Origin: an uncultured Pseudomonadota bacterium
Lineage (GTDB): Bacteria; Myxococcota_A; Polyangia; Fen-1088
Assembly: GCA_963847705.1 (NCBI GenBank)
Contig: CAWKBC010000023.1
Location: 2,960 to 66,959, forward strand
Direction of reading: 5' to 3'
Length of the DNA: 64,000 nucleotides
Under the pieces are notes generated by a model that was given only the letters and a program-made list of their open reading frames with translations, was not told the DNA's origin and did not search any database. Below are positions 47,276 to 57,636 of the stretch, piece after piece; within the stretch, counting starts at the first letter, position 1, and each line of letters begins with the position of its first letter. The translations under genes were made by a program, and so were the position numbers.

Positions 47276-48327
47276 TTTGAATTCTGACTCGACGCTCTTC
47301 GCCCCATTCGATGCACCAGTCGGAGCAGGCGCTGTCCGCCTCGCTCCTGCGACAGCCGGCGCCGGAACGCGCTGCTGTTCGTCCATTCGTAGAACCGATA
47401 TTCGGTGGAATTGGCCAGCGGCTCGACGCTCTTTCCGACCATGCCGGCAAAGCGCGCCGCAACCTCTCGCCAGCGATCGATGACCTCCGGCCGCGCCGGC
47501 CGCCCCGCGGCGGACGCGCTGACCAGCTCATGCGCCATCCATGAGTTCGCCAGATGCCGAACGAACTCGACTCCATAGAGCTCCAGGGCCCGCCGCACGC
47601 CCGGATCGCCCAGCATGTTCTGGGCGAGAAACGTGCTGTACGCGGAGAGGGCGCCCAGAAAGATCGCCGAGTCGGTCAGATGAGAGGCGCTGGCTGGGTG
47701 CAGACGGTAGGAGAAGCTCTGCTCCTTGAGGATCTGAATGGGCGCGCCTCGGGCCAGAGACAACCAAAGCGCGTCATCGGCAAACAGCAGCCGGGAAAAC
47801 ATGGGGAAGCCCCCCACCCGCCTGTACTCATCAAACCGAATGACGTATCCCGTCCCGAACGAATCGCGGATGTTGGCCAGCCGACCGGCCAGGAAATCCC
47901 CCGCCGTCTCCTGAGAGGCCATCGGTCGGCAGGCGCGGATCGTCTCGCCCTGGGCGTCGATGAGCCTGAAGTGAGACAACAGCAAGCAAAGGTTTTCTCG
48001 GGCGGCGATCGCTCCATTCGCCAGCCTGACGAACTCCGGTTCGAGCTCGTCATCGTGGCCCACGACCGTGATGAACGGGCCGGTGCTCGGGAGGTCCACG
48101 ATTCGTCGCCAGTTCTCCTCGATGGGCAGCAGCCGCGACGATCCCACGACACGACGGGATATCCTTTCGGGCAACTCCAGAAGAGCTTCCAGACAACCAT
48201 CCGTGCTCTGGTTGTCCAGGACGATCACCTCGAACGAACCGGGTTCCGCGTCCTGCCGCGCGAGGCTCTGGATGCAGCGTCGAAAATACTCCCCGCCGTT
48301 ATAGACAGGAATGATCACGGAGATCAT
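47272..48327 (-). CDS. glycosyltransferase family 2
   Basis: MISVIIPVYNGGEYFRRCIQSLARQ...FEVIVLDNQSTDG.... Confidence 0.85.
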   Translation of the reverse strand: MISVIIPVYNGGEYFRRCIQSLARQDAEPGSFEVIVLDNQSTDGCLEALLELPERISRRVVGSSRLLPIEENWRRIVDLPSTGPFITVVGHDDELEPEFVRLANGAIAARENLCLLLSHFRLIDAQGETIRACRPMASQETAGDFLAGRLANIRDSFGTGYVIRFDEYRRVGGFPMFSRLLFADDALWLSLARGAPIQILKEQSFSYRLHPASASHLTDSAIFLGALSAYSTFLAQNMLGDPGVRRALELYGVEFVRHLANSWMAHELVSASAAGRPARPEVIDRWREVAARFAGMVGKSVEPLANSTEYRFYEWTNSSAFRRRLSQERGGQRLLRLVHRMGRRASSQNSK

Positions 48328-48349
48328 GACGACCCCTTGGCCCGTGCTC

Positions 48350-48484
48350 TCATTCGATGAATGTCGACGGCGCGTTCCGCGCTTCGTCCAGGCCGGAGAC
48401 CGAGGTCAGGACCGGGCCAGGCACGCCATCCCACGCCTGGGCCGGAGCGGGTGCCGGTTGCGGGTCCCTCGCGATGAAGGTCAT
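48350..48484 (-). CDS. possible 44-aa ORF (below the track size cut-off)
   Basis: The ATG lies 4 nt after the upstream TGA. It reads MTFIARDPQPAPAPAQAWDGVPGPVLTSVSGLDEARNAPSTFIE*. Third positions are G/C-rich. No homology recognised. Confidence 0.25.
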   Translation of the reverse strand: MTFIARDPQPAPAPAQAWDGVPGPVLTSVSGLDEARNAPSTFIE

Positions 48485-48488
48485 CCGT

Positions 48489-49241
48489 TCAGCGGACCAC
48501 ACCAACCGCTATTCCGAGAGGCTTTTCCTTCCCGATGTACTCCGCGATCGGGGAGACGAGTCCCCCCTTCACGACGTCAAGCCAGGCGCGTTCGACGCCA
48601 TCACAGGCGATCGTGTCGTGAAAAACGAACACCGTACCCGGCTTCGAGAAGGCCAGAACAAGCCTGATGTCGGCCCACACTCCCTCGTACGAATGGTCAC
48701 CATCGACGAAAGCCACGTCCACGGTTTCGCGGAGGTTGTCCACCAGAAATCGGCGAGCCTCGGCCGAATGGCTGTCACCGACAAAGCGCGTAAGGTTCGG
48801 GATCCCGGACATGTTGTTTGGCTGCTCCTTTGCCCTGGCATGACAACCATCATCCAAGGCAACGACGCGCCCAAAACCAACCTGCTCATAGAGAAACCGG
48901 CAACTTCCGCCACTGCCGGACCCGATCTCCAAATACGTTTGTATCGGCTTCTGTTTCTTCAATGCCAGGCACAACGCCGCGAATTCGTCGGGATTCTGCT
49001 GAAGGTGGAGCCCGCCCTCCAGCGTGTAGCCATTTCCGAAATGGCCGATACTGTCGGTCCCCGCGGCTCTGACCAGCTCCCGCGTCGAGGCAAAGTCGGG
49101 TTCGCGACGAGCGGTCTCTAGATTCTCCATCGAACGCAACGCTCTCACGCGCGCTCGAACGACTCGGTGTTTCAGGGCCTCCGGACTGAAATAGCGGCCC
49201 GCCCGTTTGATGACCTTGGAAGCACTCTGGTAATCAAGCAT
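48489..49241 (-). CDS. class I SAM-dependent methyltransferase (Methyltransf_24/CmcI-like)
   Basis: YLEIGSGSGGSCRFL...VVALDDG...VDVAFVDGDHSYEGV.... Noticeably lower G+C than the flanking genes. Confidence 0.8.
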   Translation of the reverse strand: MLDYQSASKVIKRAGRYFSPEALKHRVVRARVRALRSMENLETARREPDFASTRELVRAAGTDSIGHFGNGYTLEGGLHLQQNPDEFAALCLALKKQKPIQTYLEIGSGSGGSCRFLYEQVGFGRVVALDDGCHARAKEQPNNMSGIPNLTRFVGDSHSAEARRFLVDNLRETVDVAFVDGDHSYEGVWADIRLVLAFSKPGTVFVFHDTIACDGVERAWLDVVKGGLVSPIAEYIGKEKPLGIAVGVVR

Positions 49242-49279
49242 GATTCCGTTTCCTAACTCGAATTGAAGAAGACGTCCCG

Positions 49280-50389
49280 TTAACTACCCTGGACCGCATA
49301 CATTGCTTCGAAGAAAGCCGGCTGAACCGGCGTGGGCCGGAGGAACAGCTGCCGCCAGTGCGTAGGCACCGGATAGTCGGAGTGCCGCACGCGTAGGTTG
49401 TCATAATCGTTACGGCTCTCGAACCATTGCTTCGAGTAAAAGAAGCGACGCGTGACCCGATCGATCAATTGAAAATATCTCTCGATCTGAGCCATCGTCA
49501 TCTCGTGGAGAGACGAAATGTTGATGAACAGGTCGACACTCTTCTCGGGCAACATGGCGGCCTGATGCGGAAGCAGGAACACGATGTCCGCGGCGGCAAA
49601 TTCCGACTCGACCTCGGCAAATGACTTGAAACATCGAAACCGGAAGATCCGCCTGTCTTTGAACAGCTCGGACAGATAGCGCTGTGAGACGTAGAGTGCC
49701 GGCGGAATGTCCACGATTATGTATTTCGTCCGCCTGAGGGCGCTCAGGAATACGAACGCGTTTCGTCCGTAGCCCGCCCCGAGCTCGCAGATCGTCGTCG
49801 CTTGGCCTCGCCCATCCTTGAAGTGCTCGCGAATCGCGTTGTATTCGAGGACGGAGTTCGCCAAATCCTGCGAAATCAGTTTGCCTCCGAAGTGGATGGA
49901 GAAGGGATTGCCGAGGCTAGGCTCGGCGATCCGTCCCAAGAGACCCTCGGGATCGCGCTCGCGCACGAAGGCCCACAACATTCTGGTGAAGATGGTCATC
50001 TGAATCTGAAGCTGCCGTGGGATCGGCACGCTGTCGTCGAAAAGTGGCTGCTCGAGCAGAATCGCTGGCCAGTTCCGAAGGCGGGTCGCCCTGGCCAGCC
50101 CCTGAAACTGCTCGTGTTTCCAGTTGATGATCCAGGTGAAGTAGTTCTTCGCGAGGGTCCTCTTCAGATTGTCGAAGCCATGCTCGATCAGATCCGCATT
50201 GTTGCGTTCGTTGTACGATTCCCAGAATTTCGACGGGTGAAATACTGGATCGTTCTGGCGAAGACACTCCAACATCGGGTCCAAGACATCAGCCAACTCG
50301 GCCAATCTCGGCGGTTCAATCAAGGTCGCGCTCGTCAAAATGACACAATCTCGGGGGGTTAAGCCGGCGCCCGTTCGATCCGAGCGCAC
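49280..50389 (-). CDS. putative sugar O-methyltransferase-family protein
   Basis: ...HPSKFWESYNE...ICELGAGYGRNAFVFL...IIVDIPPALYVSQRYL...FINISSLHEM..., which resembles the 'putative sugar O-methyltransferase' family found in O-antigen loci. Start is uncertain (GTG at 50389; later TTG/ATG possible). Low G+C. Confidence 0.7.
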   Translation of the reverse strand: MRSDRTGAGLTPRDCVILTSATLIEPPRLAELADVLDPMLECLRQNDPVFHPSKFWESYNERNNADLIEHGFDNLKRTLAKNYFTWIINWKHEQFQGLARATRLRNWPAILLEQPLFDDSVPIPRQLQIQMTIFTRMLWAFVRERDPEGLLGRIAEPSLGNPFSIHFGGKLISQDLANSVLEYNAIREHFKDGRGQATTICELGAGYGRNAFVFLSALRRTKYIIVDIPPALYVSQRYLSELFKDRRIFRFRCFKSFAEVESEFAAADIVFLLPHQAAMLPEKSVDLFINISSLHEMTMAQIERYFQLIDRVTRRFFYSKQWFESRNDYDNLRVRHSDYPVPTHWRQLFLRPTPVQPAFFEAMYAVQGS

Positions 50390-50751
50390 GACGACTGGTA
50401 CTGAAGAAACCCCAAAATATATCTTCTGAGGGGGGGCCTGTCCATAGGCGCGACGCTCCGCAGCGGCGTCCCCGGAGGCAGGCGCTCGAGGGGCGACGAC
50501 TCACGGACGTCACGGGCGACGCTTCAAGGAGTGGTCTTCCGCGCATCGAGCTGGCGCTCCGGCGACCGCACGGACCGGTGCCCCAATCGGTCGGCCCGAA
50601 CTTGAACTTTCCCCCGAAACTGCGTAGATATTTGGCGGTGGTCAGGCGTCATTTTGCCAGACGCGGTCCTCCATTTCGATCTCTCGTCCAGCGTCGGGCG
50701 CGTCCTTCAGCGCCGCTGTTGCCGACCCTCCGGGTGCGCTGAGGACTGACG

Positions 50752-51715
50752 ATGCGCGACTGTTGTGTTGCCCATCTCGTTAGAAAGCAGAACGGCGTCG
50801 AAGTCTTCCGCCGGTACCTGGCCTCGTATCGAGAGAACCCCGCTGGCGTGGATCACGATCACGTCATCATCTTCAAGGGCTTTGGTGGCCGAACGGACCT
50901 CGTCGACTACGAACGTGAATTGCAGGGAACCACATATCGGACCTGCTTCGTTGACGATACGGGATTGGACATTGGCTCTTACATGAAGGTGCTTCGCGAA
51001 CATCATTACAGCTACTATTGCTTTACCAACTCTTACAGTCGAGTCCTGCACTCTGGATGGCTGTACAAGCTTCGCTCCGCAATAGCGCCCGCAAGTGTCG
51101 GGCTGGTTGGAAGCTCGGCGTCCTGTGGAAGCATTGCTTCCTACACTCAGTTCCAGGCAGGGCTGCCCAGCGCCTACGATGGATACATTCTCGACGACCC
51201 CTACGCGCTTCCGAAGGCGGAGCCATCTCGGGTCTATCGGCCGACGCTCCGGTTTAGGGCCGGCGCGCTGAGACGTCGTTGGGCCGTCCGCTTGGGGTTG
51301 CGAGATCCGGAGCGAGACCGGCCGGTCCTGGAACAGTTCGACCCGTTTCCCGTCTACCACATCCGCAGCAACAGTTTCATGGTGCGAGGAGACGTGCTTG
51401 CTCGTCTGCCGCGGCCAAAGATTCGGGACAAGTCGGACGCGTTCAGATTCGAGAGCGGCAAGAAGAGCCTTACGAATCGTGTCTACGAGATGGGCCTGGC
51501 GGTGGTGGTTGTCGGCCAAGATGGCCGGACCTACGAGAAGGACCGATGGCACGAGAGCAACACCTTTTGGCAGCGGGATCAGGGCAACTTGCTGGTGGCA
51601 GACAACCAGTCCGATAAATACGCGGAGGGCAGCGACCGGATCCGAACGTTCTGTTCGCGATTCGCCTGGCGCGAATTTGCCGATCCGGTTCTTCGAGAGT
51701 CGAAGGCCGAGGCCT

Positions 51716-51732
<17 letters not shown>
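50752..51732 (+). CDS. hypothetical 326-aa protein, family not recognised
   Basis: ATG start after a 362-nt non-coding gap. Low G+C. Contains ...VIIFKGFGG...CFVDDTGLDIGSY... (possible DxD-like acidic motif). Its 3' end overlaps the convergent wzt by 17 nt. Confidence 0.6.
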
Positions 51733-53034
<1,302 letters not shown>

Positions 53035-53035
<1 letters not shown>

Positions 53036-53931
53036 CAGACCAGATCCGCGAAGTTGCGTTCCATCCGCCTGAAGTATCCGAGCCCCAGGACGAACAGGAC
53101 GATCGTCGACGCCACGGACACGGCAACCATGGCTCCGCTCCCGTTCCATTTCCCGAAGAGCGCCCAGCGAAATCCGTCGACCACCCCAACCATGGGGTTG
53201 AGACCATAAAGCAGTCGCCAACGTTGGGGGATGAGGCTGCTGGGGTAGACGATTGGCGTCGCGAACATCCAGATCTGGATCAGGAAGGGAATGGTGTGGC
53301 GGACGTCGCGGTATTGAACATTGAGCGCCGAGAGGATCAGCCCAACCGCGAGCGCCGCAAAGACCGCAAACAGCACGAACAAGGGGATCATCAGAATCCC
53401 AGCCGTCGGCACGATGTGGTGGTAAGCCATCAGCACCACCATGACCGACGAGGCGATGGCGAAGTCGACCAGGCCGACCAAGACCGCCGAGACGGGAATG
53501 ACCAGCCTGGGAAAATAGACCTTGGTGATGAGCTGGCTGTTTCCGACCAGGCTCGCGGAGGCGGCGGTCAGCGAGAACGAAAAGAGCTGCCAGGGCAGGA
53601 GGCCGCTGAAGGCGAAGACGGAATAGGGAATGCCGTCCGATGAGACCTTGGCCAGACGACCCAGAAAGACCGTGAAGATGATCATGGTGGCGAGGGGCTG
53701 GAGGATGGCCCAGCTGCCCCCCAGAAGGGTCTGCTTGTAGCGGACCTTGAAGTCCCGCCAGAAGAGGAAGTAGAGAAGCTCGCGGTAGTCCCAGAGGTCC
53801 CGGAGCCGGAAGGCGATCCGCGCCGTCGGCTCGATGACCACGGCTATCGCGGCGGGAGAAGCGGGATCAGGAGGCGGGACCGACACGGAGCCAAGCGGTA
53901 TTGTGGACGCGTCCGAGGGTTGGAGTTTCAT
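53035..53931 (-). CDS. wzm: ABC-2-type polysaccharide exporter permease
   Basis: ...DLWDYRELLYFLFWRDFKVRYKQTLLGGSWAILQPL... followed by six hydrophobic segments. Its stop overlaps the wzt ATG by 1 nt. Confidence 0.85.
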
Positions 53932-53970
53932 CTGACTTTCGTGCGGACCGGGCTCCAGGGGAGCGAGACG

Positions 53971-55230
53971 TTAGCGCGAACGGCGGGCTGGTGCAATCCG
54001 AGGTCCGCCAGATGGCGACGGCGGAGGCCGGTCTTTTTGCGCCTTCCAGGTGACCACGGCCGCCAGCCCGAAGAAGAGAAAGAACTGAGCAAATACGGAA
54101 TAGAAAAGCCGCGGAGGTTTTCCCACCGCGGGCCACAACAGGATCGGGGGGAGGATGAGGCAGACCTGGACGAGCGCGGCGTTGCGAAGGAAGGCTGCCG
54201 TGCTCTGGTTCCAGCGGGGCCGGGCCAGCACCAGCGCCAGGGCCGCTGCCGCCAGCGGGAGCAGCAGATCGGCGTGGGGCAGAACGGTCTTCAGGTCGGT
54301 GAGCTTGGTGCGGGTGTGGGCGGGTGAGAAGTCCGCCGGATCGGCCAGGAAGAATGGTGCCGTGACGAGCAGGGTCGCCGCCAACATCGTCGCCGTGAGG
54401 ACCAGTGCCCGCTTCGGACCCCGGACCTGCCAGAGCCGGGAGAAGACGAGCGGAACGATGAGGATGAAGTTCGCGCGCGAAGAGAGCGCCACGCCGAGAC
54501 AGAGGGCGATCACGATCTGAGGGGCGAGCGCGGCGGTGGCGTCCTCTCTCACCAACAAGACCGCCGGAACGAGGATCATGAGCCCGTTGGCGACGTAGTC
54601 GCCCCCCGTGACGAACTGGTGAAGGATGGCGGGACAGGTTGCCAGGACCAGCCAAACGAACAGCAACGTCCGGGCGGTCTGCCGGTCCCAGAATATCCAC
54701 AAGAGATACACGCCGGCGGCGATCCAGAAGAACGATTGGTAGGCCCCGTTCCCCAACAAGACGAAGGGAATTGCCAGGAACAGCGAGCCAGGCATGGGGG
54801 TGATCTCGTTTCCGAGATAGGTGCGCTCGAGGTATGGGTAGCGGCCGTGCAAGAGCGCGCGCGTCGCTTGATTGAGCGCCTCGTCGCTGTCGCTCCCCGT
54901 CCCGAAGCGGCCGGAGTTCGCCAGCGGGTAGATGACGGCGAACGCCGCGATGAGCGCCAGGGCCGTCAGGAGCGCGAGCCACCTGGCGCGGCGCTCACCG
55001 AGGGTCGTCTCGAACCGGGTCAGCAGGGGCGTCTGCCACAGCCAGACGGCCGCTGCGACGAAGGCGACCTGAAGGGGAATCGCCCGGTCGCCCAGGCGGA
55101 GCTCGACCAGGTAGAGAGAGGGAACCGTGAGCAGGACGGTGAGGATCCCCACCCGTCGGAACAGGCCCGCCTGTGAGGAGGGACTCGTCAGGGGCCTCGC
55201 CACCGCGTCCGGGCGGAGCTCATCCTCCAT
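53971..55230 (-). CDS. polytopic membrane protein, GT-C-like (DUF2029/GT87-like) candidate
   Basis: About 10 or more hydrophobic segments. The first loop GSDSDEALNQATRALLHGRYPYLERTYLGNEITPMPG resembles the acidic first periplasmic loop of GT-C enzymes. ATG at 55230 overlaps the upstream TGA by 1 nt. Confidence 0.6.
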   Translation of the reverse strand: MEDELRPDAVARPLTSPSSQAGLFRRVGILTVLLTVPSLYLVELRLGDRAIPLQVAFVAAAVWLWQTPLLTRFETTLGERRARWLALLTALALIAAFAVIYPLANSGRFGTGSDSDEALNQATRALLHGRYPYLERTYLGNEITPMPGSLFLAIPFVLLGNGAYQSFFWIAAGVYLLWIFWDRQTARTLLFVWLVLATCPAILHQFVTGGDYVANGLMILVPAVLLVREDATAALAPQIVIALCLGVALSSRANFILIVPLVFSRLWQVRGPKRALVLTATMLAATLLVTAPFFLADPADFSPAHTRTKLTDLKTVLPHADLLLPLAAAALALVLARPRWNQSTAAFLRNAALVQVCLILPPILLWPAVGKPPRLFYSVFAQFFLFFGLAAVVTWKAQKDRPPPSPSGGPRIAPARRSR

Positions 55231-56177
55231 CACCGCGCAGGGCCGTGGTCGCCGGGCGAGGAACCCCGGCTCCAAAATCGCAGCCGGTTCCAGACATCCA
55301 CGTCGACGCCCAGCTTCCGGCGCAGCGGCCGGGTCGCGTTGATGATGTGGCGTTTGACCGTTTCGATGCGAGCGCCGAGGTACGGTCTGGCCAGCGCCCG
55401 CCGCACCCCCTGGTCCGTCACGACGTGGGTGGCGTGGTCGGTGGTGTAAAAGCGCGTCCAGTCGCCGGTCAAGGCGGCGTTGCGGAGGGTGTCTTCCCCC
55501 TTCAGATAGGTCTGCATTCCGCCCGGATCACCGCGGCTGGCCTTGATGTGGGCGTAGTCGTGGTTCTGGTGGACGACCGGCGCCGCCTCGGTTCCGTCGA
55601 TGAGCGCGATGCCGCGCTGGCGCGTCCGCCACAGCAGCCAGTTGTCGTAGCCGGGCCGGCCGATCACGAACGGCGGGATGTCGCTCATGAGACCGCGCGG
55701 AAAGACGAAATAGTCGATGTACATGTTCGTCGCCAGCCGCCCCTCGCGTCTGGCGCGCGCGACCAGATCGTCAGCCCAGGAGGGCGCCGAGAAGTCGAGC
55801 GGCTCCAGCAGATCGAAGTTCCACCGCCGGCCGACCATGAGGAAGCGCGATCTCGAGGCGGCGGACCTCTGCACCGCACGCATCCAGGCGGGCGTGAGCA
55901 CGATGTCGGCGTTGATGAAGCAGACGATCTCGCCCGCGGCCAGCTGCTGCCCGCGCCTGAGCAGATCGTCGAGCATCGGGGCGCCCGCCGGGCTGGTGGC
56001 GACGTCGGGGACGTGCCGGGCACCGAGCTCGGCGGCCATCTCGGCGGTTCCTGAATCCGCGCCGAACAGGATGATCTCCGGGCGCGGCTCGAGGCGGGCC
56101 CAGCTGCGCGCGGCGTTGCGCTGGATCAGTCCGAAGTGACCCTCGAACGCCTTCGGGATCGCCAGGATCGTCAGCAC
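55230..56177 (-). CDS. putative GT-A-like glycosyltransferase, family unassigned
   Basis: GTG at 56177 (GTGCTGA overlap with the upstream stop). VLTILAIPKAFEGHFGLIQRNAARSW...IVCFINADIVL.... Soluble and Rossmann-like, with an acidic NAD/DxD-type motif. Confidence 0.6.
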   Translation of the reverse strand: MLTILAIPKAFEGHFGLIQRNAARSWARLEPRPEIILFGADSGTAEMAAELGARHVPDVATSPAGAPMLDDLLRRGQQLAAGEIVCFINADIVLTPAWMRAVQRSAASRSRFLMVGRRWNFDLLEPLDFSAPSWADDLVARARREGRLATNMYIDYFVFPRGLMSDIPPFVIGRPGYDNWLLWRTRQRGIALIDGTEAAPVVHQNHDYAHIKASRGDPGGMQTYLKGEDTLRNAALTGDWTRFYTTDHATHVVTDQGVRRALARPYLGARIETVKRHIINATRPLRRKLGVDVDVWNRLRFWSRGSSPGDHGPAR

Positions 56178-57589
56178 GCCGGCACGAGATCGGTCTTTGC
56201 CGGCGGTTCTGCGCGGGTGAGGGCCGTGGCGGCGGGACGCTCGGGCGTGGCGGCCGGAGGCCCCGGGGTTGCCGCCCGGCCCTCCGGGGTGGCGGCCCGG
56301 CCCTCCGAGGAACGCTGCTGGTTGGCGGCGTTTTGCCGGAGGACCATCAACACGTCTGACAGGATGAATCCGCACCCCAGGAAGTAGAGGGCCTGCCAGT
56401 TGTGATCGAACGTCAGGTTTCCGTACATGGTCATGGCGGCGTAGGAGAGCGCCGCGGCCGCGGCCCCCCGCCGGCCCGCCCGCTTGAGCAGCCCGTAGGC
56501 GCGGAGGAGCGCCACCATCAGACCCAGCTTGGTGATCCAGAAGAGGATGAACCCGATCGGGCCGAGCTCGACCAGGTAGCGGCCGAGCTCCGCCTCGACG
56601 TCCCAGGCGGTCCCGATGCCGAGGGACACCCGGGCGTTCTGCTCCATGCCGGTCCCGACGCCGAGCATCGGGTAGTCGAAGGTCCCCAGGGCGACCGGCG
56701 GAAGCACGGTCGCCGCCTCCATGAAGCGACTGCTGGTCTCCGTCTCGTTGGCGAACCGGCTCTGCACACCCAACATGGCGTCCGGGAAGGCGGCCACCGA
56801 GAGCACCGCGGCCGCGGCCCCGCCGATGAGGATGCGGCGCCCGACCCGCGTGAAGAAGAGGCCCGCGGAATAGGCGCTGAGACTGAGGACCGCCAGGCCG
56901 ACGACGATCGAGGAACGCGACCCGCCCATCGGCACGACCGCCGCGGTGGTCAGCGTCGCGGCCAGCGACAGGGTCCGGAGCCGGGGATTCTTGGTCTCGA
57001 GCCCGAACGAGAGGAGCAGCGTCGGGACCGCCAAGGTGAAGGCGACGAATCCGCTGACGAAGGTGAAGGTCGAGGAGACGCGCGCGCGCCCCGTGCTCGT
57101 GACGGCGACCGGACCCATCTCGGACCCCTCGCCGTGCCCTTCATAGAGGTTGATGGCGGCGTCGGGCGGCGCGGCGAACTGGACCACCGCAAAGGCGGCG
57201 ACCCCGAACGACAGGGCGAGCAAGGCGTAGATGGCCCGTTCCCTCTGTCGGACACTCTGCAGCACGGTGGCGATGACCGGCGGGGCCAGCCACCACAGCC
57301 AGTAGGCACGAAGCCCGACGAGCGCGAGCACCTTGGATTGCTGATCGGGATTGAACACCTCGATCAACGTCCAGACGAAGGCCGCCGCGAAAGCGACCGA
57401 GAATCCTCGGTAAAGGTACCTGGCAACGCGCCAGGTGTTCGCCGGCGGCCGGAAGCGAAAATAGCCGAACAGCAGGATCACGTCCTTCAGGAAGTAGAAG
57501 GCGGCGTCGGGAACGCCGGGAATGTACTTGCGACCGAGCCCCTCGAGGCAGATCGCTGAGATGAGCGCTATGAACCAGGCGAGCTGCAT
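56171..57589 (-). CDS. O-antigen ligase/Wzy_C-family polytopic membrane protein
   Basis: About 10-12 hydrophobic segments. ...VVPMGGSRSSIVVGLAVL... resembles the Wzy_C core. C-terminal tail carries heptad-like EGRAATP repeats. Confidence 0.8.
   Translation of the reverse strand: MQLAWFIALISAICLEGLGRKYIPGVPDAAFYFLKDVILLFGYFRFRPPANTWRVARYLYRGFSVAFAAAFVWTLIEVFNPDQQSKVLALVGLRAYWLWWLAPPVIATVLQSVRQRERAIYALLALSFGVAAFAVVQFAAPPDAAINLYEGHGEGSEMGPVAVTSTGRARVSSTFTFVSGFVAFTLAVPTLLLSFGLETKNPRLRTLSLAATLTTAAVVPMGGSRSSIVVGLAVLSLSAYSAGLFFTRVGRRILIGGAAAAVLSVAAFPDAMLGVQSRFANETETSSRFMEAATVLPPVALGTFDYPMLGVGTGMEQNARVSLGIGTAWDVEAELGRYLVELGPIGFILFWITKLGLMVALLRAYGLLKRAGRRGAAAAALSYAAMTMYGNLTFDHNWQALYFLGCGFILSDVLMVLRQNAANQQRSSEGRAATPEGRAATPGPPAATPERPAATALTRAEPPAKTDLVPAC
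56223..56306 (-). repeat. degenerate 21-bp tandem repeat x4 at the 3' end of the Wzy_C gene
   Basis: ggggttgccgcccggccctcc / ggggtggcggcccggccctcc, plus two more diverged upstream units. Encodes EGRAATP-EGRAATP-GPPAATP-ERPAATA. Confidence 0.8.
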
Positions 57590-57636
57590 GGGCTGAATCG
57601 GGCGAAGAGGGGCATTTTACCAGAGATCGCCAGCGG

